DNA of 64,000 bases, from sequence record NC_054914.1; one strand, 5' to 3'. Positions 30,911 to 41,806 of the stretch are shown in pieces. The translations under genes and the position numbers were made by a program. The DNA is from Escherichia phage vB_EcoM-fFiEco06. The notes beneath the pieces were generated by a model. That model was given only the letters and a program-made list of their open reading frames with translations, did not search any database and was not told the origin of the DNA. Every line of letters starts with the position of its first letter. Position 1 is the first letter of the stretch.

Positions 30911-31197
30911 TAGAACCTCATCTGAAAGCCATGCGATTTAACATTACCGCCGCCAATATCAGAAATATTAATTTCACGCGCAATTGAAGGGTCAATGTCA
31001 ATTTCACGATTGAGTTTAGTGATAGCTAAAGTATCGCGCCCATTTACTGTACGGAACTCTAGAGGACAAACCACATTAACGTAGTTTTTAATCGATTCAC
31101 TGGTAGGTTGCAAATGAGCAGGAAGATCTTTAGGCGCCTTAGAGAAAACTACTTCGCAGAAGTTTTTACGAGTATCAAAATAAGTAGTCATAAACAT
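30910..31197 (-). CDS. hypothetical early protein, 95 aa
   Basis: ORF with GAGG RBS after hairpin. Confidence 0.5.
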   Translation of the reverse strand: MFMTTYFDTRKNFCEVVFSKAPKDLPAHLQPTSESIKNYVNVVCPLEFRTVNGRDTLAITKLNREIDIDPSIAREINISDIGGGNVKSHGFQMRF

Positions 31198-31214
31198 AGT
31201 ATTTTCCTCAGTAA

Positions 31215-31228
31215 GGGGCCGAAGCCCC
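31215..31228 (-). terminator. GGGGC-UUCG-GCCCC hairpin between two early ORFs (stability/processing hairpin or terminator)
   Basis: Same hairpin sequence as the hoc terminator. Confidence 0.4.
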
Positions 31229-31238
31229 TCATTTTATT

Positions 31239-31616
31239 TTAAATATCAAATTCGTTAAGAACTACATCAAAGATTGCTTCAAGATGCTCAGGTTTAGCTC
31301 TGTTACTCAGAATATGACGAATCCAAGTTTTAACCAAAAGCTTGCGATTAGCGCCATTCCAGCAAGGATGAGTCCCTAAATCGCGTTGACGGAAATCATC
31401 ATCCAGAGCGATTTTAAAGTTGGAACCTTCCATTGTGATTGAAACCGTGATACCGTTTTCAAATCGCATATAAACGTAATTAGGAGTCATATACTGTTCA
31501 ATTTCGCATACTGAACCATTTTGATGTTTCCAAAGGCAGATGGTATCAATAGAACCTGTAATACCATTAGAAACATATTTACGTTCAAAGTTAATGTAGT
31601 TCATTTTATTCTCCAA
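31239..31616 (-). CDS. hypothetical early protein, 125 aa
   Basis: ORF preceded by early promoter cassette. Confidence 0.5.
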   Translation of the reverse strand: MENKMNYINFERKYVSNGITGSIDTICLWKHQNGSVCEIEQYMTPNYVYMRFENGITVSITMEGSNFKIALDDDFRQRDLGTHPCWNGANRKLLVKTWIRHILSNRAKPEHLEAIFDVVLNEFDI

Positions 31617-31629
31617 GATGTTTAATTGC

Positions 31630-31669
31630 GGTACAGGTATATAATATCATGTCCTGTACCAAAGTAAAC
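31630..31669 (-). promoter_or_regulatory. early promoter/stem-loop cassette (PeSL-like): -35 GTTTAC (31669-31664), 17-nt spacer, -10 TATTAT (31646-31641), inside inverted repeat GGTACAGG/CCTGTACC
   Basis: Sigma70-like hexamers with 17-nt spacing and 8-bp inverted repeat read directly. Confidence 0.55.
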
Positions 31670-31673
31670 TATT

Positions 31674-32042
31674 TTATGCAACTTTAATCCAATTATCTAA
31701 ATTTAATTCACCTTTGGCTTTCATTTTTTCAATCAAGAGGTCAGCGGTAATACGACCATTTTGATACCACGTAACATCTTCAGAGTAACCAGTTTCTTTA
31801 TCTTCATAAGTCTCACAGCGAATTTTACCAAGAATCAAAGTTTTTAATTCGTATGTATCTCCAGTAAAAAAGTTAGTTAACATTATTTTCCAAGAGAAAT
31901 CATCAGAAGGACCTTCAGGAGTCATACAATCTACAAATTCAAATTGTTCTTTATATAAATGCCACTGAAGTTCTTTAGTTTCGATAGCTTTATAGCCGTC
32001 GTGATCTTTACCTTTGATGTATGAGTTAAGATTGATTTTCAT
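31674..32042 (-). CDS. hypothetical early protein, 122 aa
   Basis: ORF in array. Confidence 0.5.
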   Translation of the reverse strand: MKINLNSYIKGKDHDGYKAIETKELQWHLYKEQFEFVDCMTPEGPSDDFSWKIMLTNFFTGDTYELKTLILGKIRCETYEDKETGYSEDVTWYQNGRITADLLIEKMKAKGELNLDNWIKVA

Positions 32043-32069
32043 TTTATTCTCCTTTGTTTGTGTAAGATA

Positions 32070-32099
32070 ATACTATCACAAAGGAACCATACTGTAAAC
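32070..32099 (-). promoter_or_regulatory. candidate early promoter: -35 GTTTAC (32099-32094), -10 TAGTAT, 18-nt spacer
   Basis: Hexamers read on minus strand; -10 is weak. Confidence 0.35.
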
Positions 32100-32128
32100 A
32101 ACTTTGTGCAATCTTTGGAAAATAAAAA

Positions 32129-32148
32129 AGGACTCCCGAAGGAGTCCT
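32129..32148 (-). terminator. AGGACUCC-UUCG-GGAGUCCU hairpin + U-tract downstream of the lysine-rich ORF
   Basis: 8-bp stem; minus strand reads hairpin then TTTTTATTTTCC. Confidence 0.7.
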
Positions 32149-32152
32149 CAAC

Positions 32153-32329
32153 TTATGCTTTCTGCTTACCAAAACGAGAAGCATCATCTCGAAGAACCGC
32201 ACGTGCTCGGCGCATGATCTTCTCAACAGTTTGATTGATACGAGAGTTCGACCCACGCTTGTAGCCAGCGCGTTTAGAATCACCAACTTTCTTTTCAACT
32301 GCTTTCTTTGCTTTAACTTGTTTTGCCAT
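32153..32329 (-). CDS. small lysine-rich basic protein, 58 aa (MAKQVKAKKAVEKK...; position of T4 30.9)
   Basis: Start chosen at ATG 32329; highly basic composition. Confidence 0.5.
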   Translation of the reverse strand: MAKQVKAKKAVEKKVGDSKRAGYKRGSNSRINQTVEKIMRRARAVLRDDASRFGKQKA

Positions 32330-32574
32330 TATAAATTCTCTTTTAAATGAAAATGCAGGACTTATTGACATTGCCTGCGCAAGCCCTCAAGGGGAACATA
32401 GGTTTTTGGATATTTAACGACCAGGATAACCATAAACCCGTCATCATTCACATTCAAGAGGTACACCGTAAAACTGCCGGGGTCTTAAAACTATAATGAT
32501 TCGCAAATCATTAATCAGACAGTTCGACGGCTCCTCGATTTTAGCTCACACTAAGGCAGTGAATCTCCAATAAA

Positions 32575-32823
32575 TTACTTCAATGTTACCACAAAGTGAC
32601 GAACTGCTTTTCGTGCAGCAGAAGCCAGAGGCTTAGCATATTTAAGTTCATCTTTTTCCTGAAGCTCAGCAGCTAATGCAGTTTGAGCAGGATTCAGATG
32701 TTTGAAATAACGCAGGATTTCAAGAGCTTCGGCTTCAACATCAATAGATGCGCCATAGTTTTCGTGACCATTATTCCATGCGTTTCGTTGCAGTTCAAGA
32801 GCGTGTTGTAATTGTTTAATCAT
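32575..32823 (-). CDS. rIII: lysis-inhibition accessory protein rIII (82 aa)
   Basis: Length and position match T4 rIII. Confidence 0.85.
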   Translation of the reverse strand: MIKQLQHALELQRNAWNNGHENYGASIDVEAEALEILRYFKHLNPAQTALAAELQEKDELKYAKPLASAARKAVRHFVVTLK

Positions 32824-32970
32824 TTAAAAATTCTCGTTAGAGATTAAAACTCGGTAGTCACGTTCTTCTGAATTTCATCTTCTTTCGACAGATCTCTCAG
32901 TTGTAGACTACCACATAGAATTGTTCGGTTAACTTATTATTCCGACACCCAATTCATATTATTATTTATA

Positions 32971-33306
32971 TCACTTATAAAGACACGGAATAGCTTTATA
33001 GTGACAAGTAACGAATTTTTGTTTAATTTCTTTTGGCTGCTTAAGACCCAGAGCTACAAAAGGATGCGGAACATTTCGAATTTGACCAACTGGAAGAGAA
33101 GTCAAATCACCAACTTCGCAGAAACCTTCAGGAACATCAGGACCAACAGAGTGAACTACACACAGTTCAGGAACTTCACCTTGGACACGTTTACCAATAA
33201 TAAGTCCTGATTCTGTAACTTCTTCATCACCGGCTTGTGCAGGTTCAGAAACTAAAATAACATATTCACCGACAGCACGAATTGGTAGCTGTTGTACTTC
33301 AGACAT
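32971..33306 (-). CDS. 31: co-chaperonin gp31 (GroES-like, 111 aa)
   Basis: Sequence recognisable as T4 gp31 ([21 protein letters not shown]...). Confidence 0.92.
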
Positions 33307-33362
33307 CGTTTTTCCTTTTTGTTAACAGATGAATTAATAATAACAAATAGTTCTTAAAGCAT

Positions 33363-33671
33363 TTATTTACCAATAAATTGAAGCAAATGCTCAACTTTCA
33401 TACCATTAACGGAAATCAATTTGTCAATAGAAAAACCTCGCCACGCACCAAGCTCAACATCAAATACTGGAATCATGTCAGTAGATTCTTTCCGAGTAGA
33501 TTCAGTCAATTTGCCAGTTTGCATGGTTGGCATAAAGTCCGCGTCGCGAGTACCTTTCATAACACGAATAGTACCGTCAGACTTTTCAAAAACTACGTTT
33601 GAAACACCCATGGACAATTTAGTTTTCAAAATTTCACGAATTGCTACTTTTTGTTCAGTCGTCAGTTTCAT
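33363..33671 (-). CDS. hypothetical protein, 102 aa (position of T4 31.1)
   Basis: ORF in array. Confidence 0.5.
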   Translation of the reverse strand: MKLTTEQKVAIREILKTKLSMGVSNVVFEKSDGTIRVMKGTRDADFMPTMQTGKLTESTRKESTDMIPVFDVELGAWRGFSIDKLISVNGMKVEHLLQFIGK

Positions 33672-33908
33672 TTATTTACCTATTACAGTTTTAATATGAG
33701 TTGTTCCACGTTCTTTAAGAGTGGAAAGTAATTTTTGGCATTTTTCTAAATCAGATTTCCAACTATATGGTCTATCAATACAAACCCATTCTGACTTATA
33801 ATACTGCTTCCATTTAGAGAAAAAATATTTCTTATACTCTACAGCAAATGAAATATTCTCATTAGAATAAGAACTAATTGCTGTGAGCTGTACCAAACGA
33901 AATTTCAT
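33672..33908 (-). CDS. hypothetical protein, 78 aa (position of T4 31.2)
   Basis: ORF in array. Confidence 0.5.
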   Translation of the reverse strand: MKFRLVQLTAISSYSNENISFAVEYKKYFFSKWKQYYKSEWVCIDRPYSWKSDLEKCQKLLSTLKERGTTHIKTVIGK

Positions 33909-34489
33909 TATTCACCACAGAATTCGTTGATATTTTCCCAGTTTAACTTATTCAAGTTTTTCTTAGGAACATTAAACACTTCAATACCTGCATTTCGCAG
34001 AATATCATCCCAGCCAGGTTTATTTTTATCGTATGTTTCACAATAAACCAGCTTTTTAATTCCAGATTGAGCTATTGCTTTTGCACAATCTGGGCAAGGA
34101 GAAAGTGTTACATACATAGTAGCACCTTCAATTGAAGAACCGTTTCGTGCAGCAAACAAAATCGCATTTAGTTCAGCATGAATTTCATTTTTAGACGACC
34201 ATTCAGAGTGCGCGCTACGATGTTCTTTCGCCAATACAAAACGATCAGTTGAACCAAACGATACACATTCAGGCTTATGACCTTGAATGATAGTATGTTT
34301 AGGTTTATTCAGCAACCAACCTTGCTCAGCAGCATAATCACAACAGTTCACACCACCTGCAGGTGAACCATTATATCCAGTAGAAATAATACGTCCATTC
34401 TTTTCAATTACTGCTCCTACTTTCCAGGAGCAACATTTTGATTCTTGTGATACTAAATATGCAATTTGAAGTACTGTACTCGCTTTCAT
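33908..34489 (-). CDS. cd: dCMP deaminase (193 aa)
   Basis: Zinc-binding deaminase motifs HAELNAI and PCPDCAKAI; length matches T4 Cd. Confidence 0.92.
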   Translation of the reverse strand: MKASTVLQIAYLVSQESKCCSWKVGAVIEKNGRIISTGYNGSPAGGVNCCDYAAEQGWLLNKPKHTIIQGHKPECVSFGSTDRFVLAKEHRSAHSEWSSKNEIHAELNAILFAARNGSSIEGATMYVTLSPCPDCAKAIAQSGIKKLVYCETYDKNKPGWDDILRNAGIEVFNVPKKNLNKLNWENINEFCGE

Positions 34490-34824
34490 TTCATAATCAC
34501 CAGATAAGCAGATTTAGCAGTTTCAACACGATAAATTTCGTGACGAAGTTTAGTTATACTTTTAATAACAGAACTAATTATATTCTGCCCATCTTTAAAG
34601 CGGTTTTTCTTATCAATAAAAATTGCGCCAACCATCTTTTTGTGAAGCTCAACCGGATACTTCGTCACAATAATAGCATCATACACAGAAGGATGAATAC
34701 TATTCACCAAAGTATCATTCATTAAAGTTATTCTAATGAACTTTGCTGTTTCAGAGTCAAGCGCTCTATGATCGCCAGTATCATTTTCAAGACAATTATC
34801 AATTATATCAGTTAAATTCATCAT
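34486..34824 (-). CDS. hypothetical protein, 112 aa (cd.1 position)
   Basis: ATGA-coupled ORF. Confidence 0.5.
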   Translation of the reverse strand: MMNLTDIIDNCLENDTGDHRALDSETAKFIRITLMNDTLVNSIHPSVYDAIIVTKYPVELHKKMVGAIFIDKKNRFKDGQNIISSVIKSITKLRHEIYRVETAKSAYLVIMK

Positions 34825-35057
34825 AGTACGCCATACACCCTTTGTGCTTCAACTAATCCATCAAAATCCAATTTGAGATGTGTTATTTGGTCACCATCAC
34901 CTGGATTCACAATTACTAATACTGAACGAGGAGTTTCGGTAATAACACGAACCGATGTTTCGGGAAATCGTTCAGAAACCTTATTTACTAATTCCTGCGC
35001 AAATAGTTTAACTTTTTCTTGGAATTCTTTAACAGTAATTGGTTTTTCACTTAGCAT
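34821..35057 (-). CDS. hypothetical protein, 78 aa (cd.2 position)
   Basis: ATGA-coupled ORF. Confidence 0.5.
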   Translation of the reverse strand: MLSEKPITVKEFQEKVKLFAQELVNKVSERFPETSVRVITETPRSVLVIVNPGDGDQITHLKLDFDGLVEAQRVYGVL

Positions 35058-35578
35058 GTTGATCCCAGCTCCTTACTTTCAACGTTTTTAACTAATTTGA
35101 CAGAAACTAATTCAGCATCTTGGGTAATCATTACCGGGCCTTCTTCATGCTCTTCAAGATATTCTAGAGCTTTCTTTTTAGCTTCTTCCTTCGTATCAGT
35201 TTGAGCATAGATATAGAACATACAACCAGTAATACCTACTACTTTCCACTTAATTTCTTTATCAGTTTTAATTTCAAATTTACTTACAGAATCATCTTTT
35301 TGAACTTCTTCGAAAAAAGAATATTCTAACATATAAGCAATTGAAAATAACGGGCTAACTTTATAGGATTCACCCATTACATCAACAGCTTTATACCAAC
35401 AATCATCAATTTCGCGTTTAATGCTAATAACATTTTTCGCAGGATCTATTTTTACTTTAAATGAATTTTCCCCAATAAACTGGGCAATTCGTTTATTAGC
35501 CCCGCAAGTTTCATTAAAAATATCTTTATACCCAGTTTTAAAGCGATAAACCTTATCTTCTTCAAACCATTCGCTCAT
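35051..35578 (-). CDS. hypothetical protein, 175 aa (cd.3 position)
   Basis: ORF preceded by promoter cassette. Confidence 0.5.
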   Translation of the reverse strand: MSEWFEEDKVYRFKTGYKDIFNETCGANKRIAQFIGENSFKVKIDPAKNVISIKREIDDCWYKAVDVMGESYKVSPLFSIAYMLEYSFFEEVQKDDSVSKFEIKTDKEIKWKVVGITGCMFYIYAQTDTKEEAKKKALEYLEEHEEGPVMITQDAELVSVKLVKNVESKELGSTC

Positions 35579-35599
35579 TTCAATTTCCTCGTTTGTTTT

Positions 35600-35638
35600 G
35601 GTAGAGCTATAATATCACAACTCTACCGTAAAGTAAAC
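35600..35638 (-). promoter_or_regulatory. early promoter/stem-loop cassette: -35 GTTTAC (35638-35633), 18-nt spacer, -10 TATTAT (35614-35609), inverted repeat GGTAGAG/CTCTACC
   Basis: Same architecture as the 31630-31669 element. Confidence 0.5.
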
Positions 35639-35639
35639 T

Positions 35640-35945
35640 TTAAATTGCTTTGAATTCTGATGTCTGTGATTTAAAGCGAATATCGCCTTTGATGACTAGC
35701 TCAGCATCAAGACCGAATACGACAATGATATGCGCGGAACCTGGATACAACGTGATGGCAACAGAATCCACCTGGTCTGGAAGCAAAGTGTTCAATACAT
35801 GAGTCACTTGAGCATGGATTCGAAGCTCAGCTGCGTTATCAAGTTTTTCAAACATATTATTAGCGATAATTTGGCTAAACACTACTTCTACGATTTTAGA
35901 GTAAGTCGGAAACATATTTACCTCACATAATTTTCTTCGAGCCAA
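35640..35945 (-). CDS. hypothetical protein, 101 aa (cd.4 position)
   Basis: ORF in array. Confidence 0.5.
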   Translation of the reverse strand: MARRKLCEVNMFPTYSKIVEVVFSQIIANNMFEKLDNAAELRIHAQVTHVLNTLLPDQVDSVAITLYPGSAHIIVVFGLDAELVIKGDIRFKSQTSEFKAI

Positions 35946-36110
35946 TCAATAACATCCAAAGCGTTATCAAAAGTTGCGCCATCTACTTTGTCTTCTGTTT
36001 CATAATCAAGAACATCTAGGCCTACTCTTCCGTCAACAATAGGCCATAGACAAAATAGATATTTCTTTTCTTTTTCAATTTTATCACAAAGACGATAAAT
36101 CTTTTCTAGG

Positions 36111-36118
<8 letters not shown>
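35918..36118 (-). CDS. hypothetical protein, 66 aa (cd.5 position)
   Basis: ORF in array. Confidence 0.45.
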
Positions 36119-37526
<1,408 letters not shown>

Positions 37527-37530
<4 letters not shown>

Positions 37531-37757
37531 TTATTTTTCTCAACCAATGATTGAATATAATCATGCAGGTCTTTAGATGCTTTGCCCCACTTATTTTGGT
37601 ATTCATTTTTAAGATTAGCACGTGATTGAGCTAATAAAACATCATTAGTTGGAGGTAAAGATTCTAATCGCTGAATCTGGCGTCCATAAATCATTGCAGC
37701 CATCTCGGATTCATAAATCAATCCTTTGAGATGTTCAAATTGATGCCATGAAATCAT
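37527..37757 (-). CDS. hypothetical protein, 76 aa
   Basis: ATGA-coupled ORF. Confidence 0.45.
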
Positions 37758-38053
37758 TTACATTTATCCTCTTTTAACTCTTGACGATAATAACATATCA
37801 TAGTTTTCTGGTCGTGTACATATCGTTTTACATCATTAAGCCAAATACGAAATTCCTGAGAATCTTCAAATGGCATACCGACCCAAGCTTTACCATCAAT
37901 AACTTTAACTTGCCAAGATAATTTAGCTTCGTCATATGACTTTATTTGTACAGGCCAATTAGGATGAACTGTTTCTTTCTTTACTTCTAGAGGCTTTGTC
38001 GAACAACCAACTAGAAGACCAATAGATAATATTACTGCTGATAGTTTAATCAT
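37754..38053 (-). CDS. outer-membrane spanin (o-spanin) lipoprotein, 99 aa; probably the T4 pseT.2 equivalent
   Basis: Signal peptide with lipobox LLVGC (MIKLSAVILSIGLLVGCS). Confidence 0.7.
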   Translation of the reverse strand: MIKLSAVILSIGLLVGCSTKPLEVKKETVHPNWPVQIKSYDEAKLSWQVKVIDGKAWVGMPFEDSQEFRIWLNDVKRYVHDQKTMICYYRQELKEDKCK

Positions 38054-38403
38054 TTAGAAAGGTCCTGGATGTCTTCTGCGAACTTGTTGAAGGAGTTGTT
38101 GATTTGTTTTTCAACCAATCCTGGCTTACGAGCCACCACATCCGCCTTCTTTGCATCTTTGCGCAGTTTTTCATTTTCACGCTCAATAGCAGCAATCGCC
38201 TCACGATTTTTATTATTCATCGCATCAATATAATTATACTGAATTCGCAAATTATTTAATGCTAAGGCGTTTTCATTGGCCGTTTTTGTAATTTCTACAA
38301 CAGACGTTTCTAATCTTTCAATTTTATTTTTTAAAATTAAAGAAGTTCCGCCTAATGCAATTACAATTAATAGCAAACCTGCTGTCGTATTACTTAATTG
38401 CAT
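38050..38403 (-). CDS. inner-membrane spanin (i-spanin), 117 aa; probably the T4 pseT.3 equivalent
   Basis: N-terminal transmembrane helix (AGLLLIVIALGGTSLIL) then coiled-coil-like periplasmic domain; directly upstream of the lipoprotein gene. Confidence 0.7.
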   Translation of the reverse strand: MQLSNTTAGLLLIVIALGGTSLILKNKIERLETSVVEITKTANENALALNNLRIQYNYIDAMNNKNREAIAAIERENEKLRKDAKKADVVARKPGLVEKQINNSFNKFAEDIQDLSK

Positions 38404-38900
38404 AAAGTTTTAATAACCTCTATAATATCGTCTTGAGAAAGACCGTTAATTAAAATATGATGTTCAGCCGGAGATTTAGAAATTTTAAAGCACGCCGCAA
38501 CATCTTCTGCCATATCCGATGCGCTACGATTTGGATTACTAATTCCAAGACGATGTTTTCCCGTTAAAGGATTAACGATGATATAGCATTTACAGTTGTT
38601 AATATGAACATTAGGTTGAGTCTGATTAATGAACACATCGCAATCATATTTCGCAAGCTGATTTTCTAAAAAGACTTTCATCTCCTCAACCGCATCAGGA
38701 AGCATATCACGGGCTTGCTCAAGACGACGATTTCGATATTCTTTAATGGTCGTTTTCCGCTTGACTTGCTTAGCTAAATCTTTCTTAAGATCGGTGATAT
38801 ATCCAACTCGACGATTTCCTTTAAATACAGAAATCCCATCTGTAGTATCACCGTATGCTTCAACGACCATTTCAGTAGTAATAAGCTGCAAATCCATCAT
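38394..38900 (-). CDS. alc: Alc transcription-termination protein candidate (168 aa)
   Basis: Assigned by size and position next to rnlA. Confidence 0.55.
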   Translation of the reverse strand: MMDLQLITTEMVVEAYGDTTDGISVFKGNRRVGYITDLKKDLAKQVKRKTTIKEYRNRRLEQARDMLPDAVEEMKVFLENQLAKYDCDVFINQTQPNVHINNCKCYIIVNPLTGKHRLGISNPNRSASDMAEDVAACFKISKSPAEHHILINGLSQDDIIEVIKTLCN

Positions 38901-38961
38901 AAAGTCCTCATGTTATGTCAGTAAGACTACTATAACACAACACGAGGGACTTGTAAACAGC

Positions 38962-40549
<1,588 letters not shown>

Positions 40550-40557
40550 AATAAAAT

Positions 40558-40571
40558 GGGCCTTGCGGCCC
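40558..40571 (-). terminator. GGGCC-GCAA-GGCCC hairpin between nrdB stop and denA start
   Basis: 5-bp GC stem read on minus strand, followed by AUUUUAUU. Confidence 0.5.
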
Positions 40572-40576
40572 ACTCC

Positions 40577-41755
40577 TTAAAAGTATTTTTTAAAACTCAT
40601 CATAACTTTATCATCAACATCATTATCAATCTGTGCAACAAGGTAAGATGACAATTCTACTTCTTGTGGCGCAGATTGAACATTATCAGAATTAAGATAT
40701 TCACGAATCCAAGGATATGGATGTTTAACCGGAGCATCGGTAATTGGGCATGGAAGACCACACTGCTTCATACGAGATACAGTTAAGTAATCAATAAAGC
40801 TCCACATGCTATTTGTATTTAATCCAGGAACATCTCCATCTTTAAATAAATGAACTGCCCAATCTTTTTCTTGGCGGTTAACTTCCATGAAAATATCAAC
40901 TGCTTCTTGTTCACACTCTTGAGCAATTTTAACCCATTGATCGCCATCAGTACCAGATTGAAGTTGACGAATAATATATTGGGTGCCTTTAAGGTGAAGC
41001 TGTTCATCGCGTGCAATGAACTTCATAATCTTGGCATTACCTTCCATGATTTCCATGTTCTTATGGAAGTTAAAGGTACATGCAAAAGATACATAAAAAC
41101 GAATAGCTTCCAATGCGTTGATTACATGCAAACAGAGGTAAAGAGATTTCATTAGCTCACGCTTCCAATATGTCTCATGCTCAATAGCATCTTCAATAAC
41201 GTCTTCGTCTGCATTAATTTCTTTTTGGTATTCGATATCAGCTTTAGCGTTTTCCCAATAACGAGTTTTAATCAGAACATCATCATAATAACGTCCAATG
41301 GATTCAGCACGTTTCATAATAGCTTCATCTAATACAATCTCATCAAATACCTTCGATGGATCAGTATAAAGATTTCGCATGATATGAGTATATGAACGAC
41401 TGTGAATAGTTTCACTAAAAGTCCATGTAGCAACCCATGTATCAAGACTTGGGTCTGAAATTAATGACATAAGTACAGCAGACGGCGCACGACCCTGAAT
41501 GCTATCTAAAAGTGATTGATACTTCAGGTTGTTAGTAAAAATATTTTGCTGGTACTGAGGAAGCTTATTAAACTGTGCAGCATCCATCATCAAGTTTACT
41601 TCTTCAGGACGCCAGAAAAATGATAATTGCTTTTCGGTTAAATCTTCAAAAACTTTATGACGTTGAATATCATAACGCGCAATACCAAGACCTGAACCAA
41701 AAAACATAGGTTCTTTTAAAACATCAACTGGATTTGTATTAAAAACTGTGCTCAT
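40577..41755 (-). CDS. nrdB: ribonucleotide reductase small subunit NrdB, uninterrupted
   Basis: Continuous 392-aa ORF recognisable as R2. Confidence 0.9.
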   Translation of the reverse strand: MSTVFNTNPVDVLKEPMFFGSGLGIARYDIQRHKVFEDLTEKQLSFFWRPEEVNLMMDAAQFNKLPQYQQNIFTNNLKYQSLLDSIQGRAPSAVLMSLISDPSLDTWVATWTFSETIHSRSYTHIMRNLYTDPSKVFDEIVLDEAIMKRAESIGRYYDDVLIKTRYWENAKADIEYQKEINADEDVIEDAIEHETYWKRELMKSLYLCLHVINALEAIRFYVSFACTFNFHKNMEIMEGNAKIMKFIARDEQLHLKGTQYIIRQLQSGTDGDQWVKIAQECEQEAVDIFMEVNRQEKDWAVHLFKDGDVPGLNTNSMWSFIDYLTVSRMKQCGLPCPITDAPVKHPYPWIREYLNSDNVQSAPQEVELSSYLVAQIDNDVDDKVMMSFKKYF

Positions 41756-41806
41756 AAATTTTCCGCTTAGTTAATAGTTGGTGACTCGTCCGTGAGTCAA
41801 ATTATA

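Noticed and set aside
32044-32298. 84-aa minus-strand ORF overlapping the lysine-rich ORF
   Set aside because: Different frame over the same DNA, spanning a terminator hairpin and promoter; the lysine-rich frame has the better start context.
32963-32970. TATTTATA (minus-strand late-promoter motif) just downstream of the gene 31 stop
   Set aside because: 140 nt from the rIII start with no supporting context; AT-rich sequence makes a chance match plausible.
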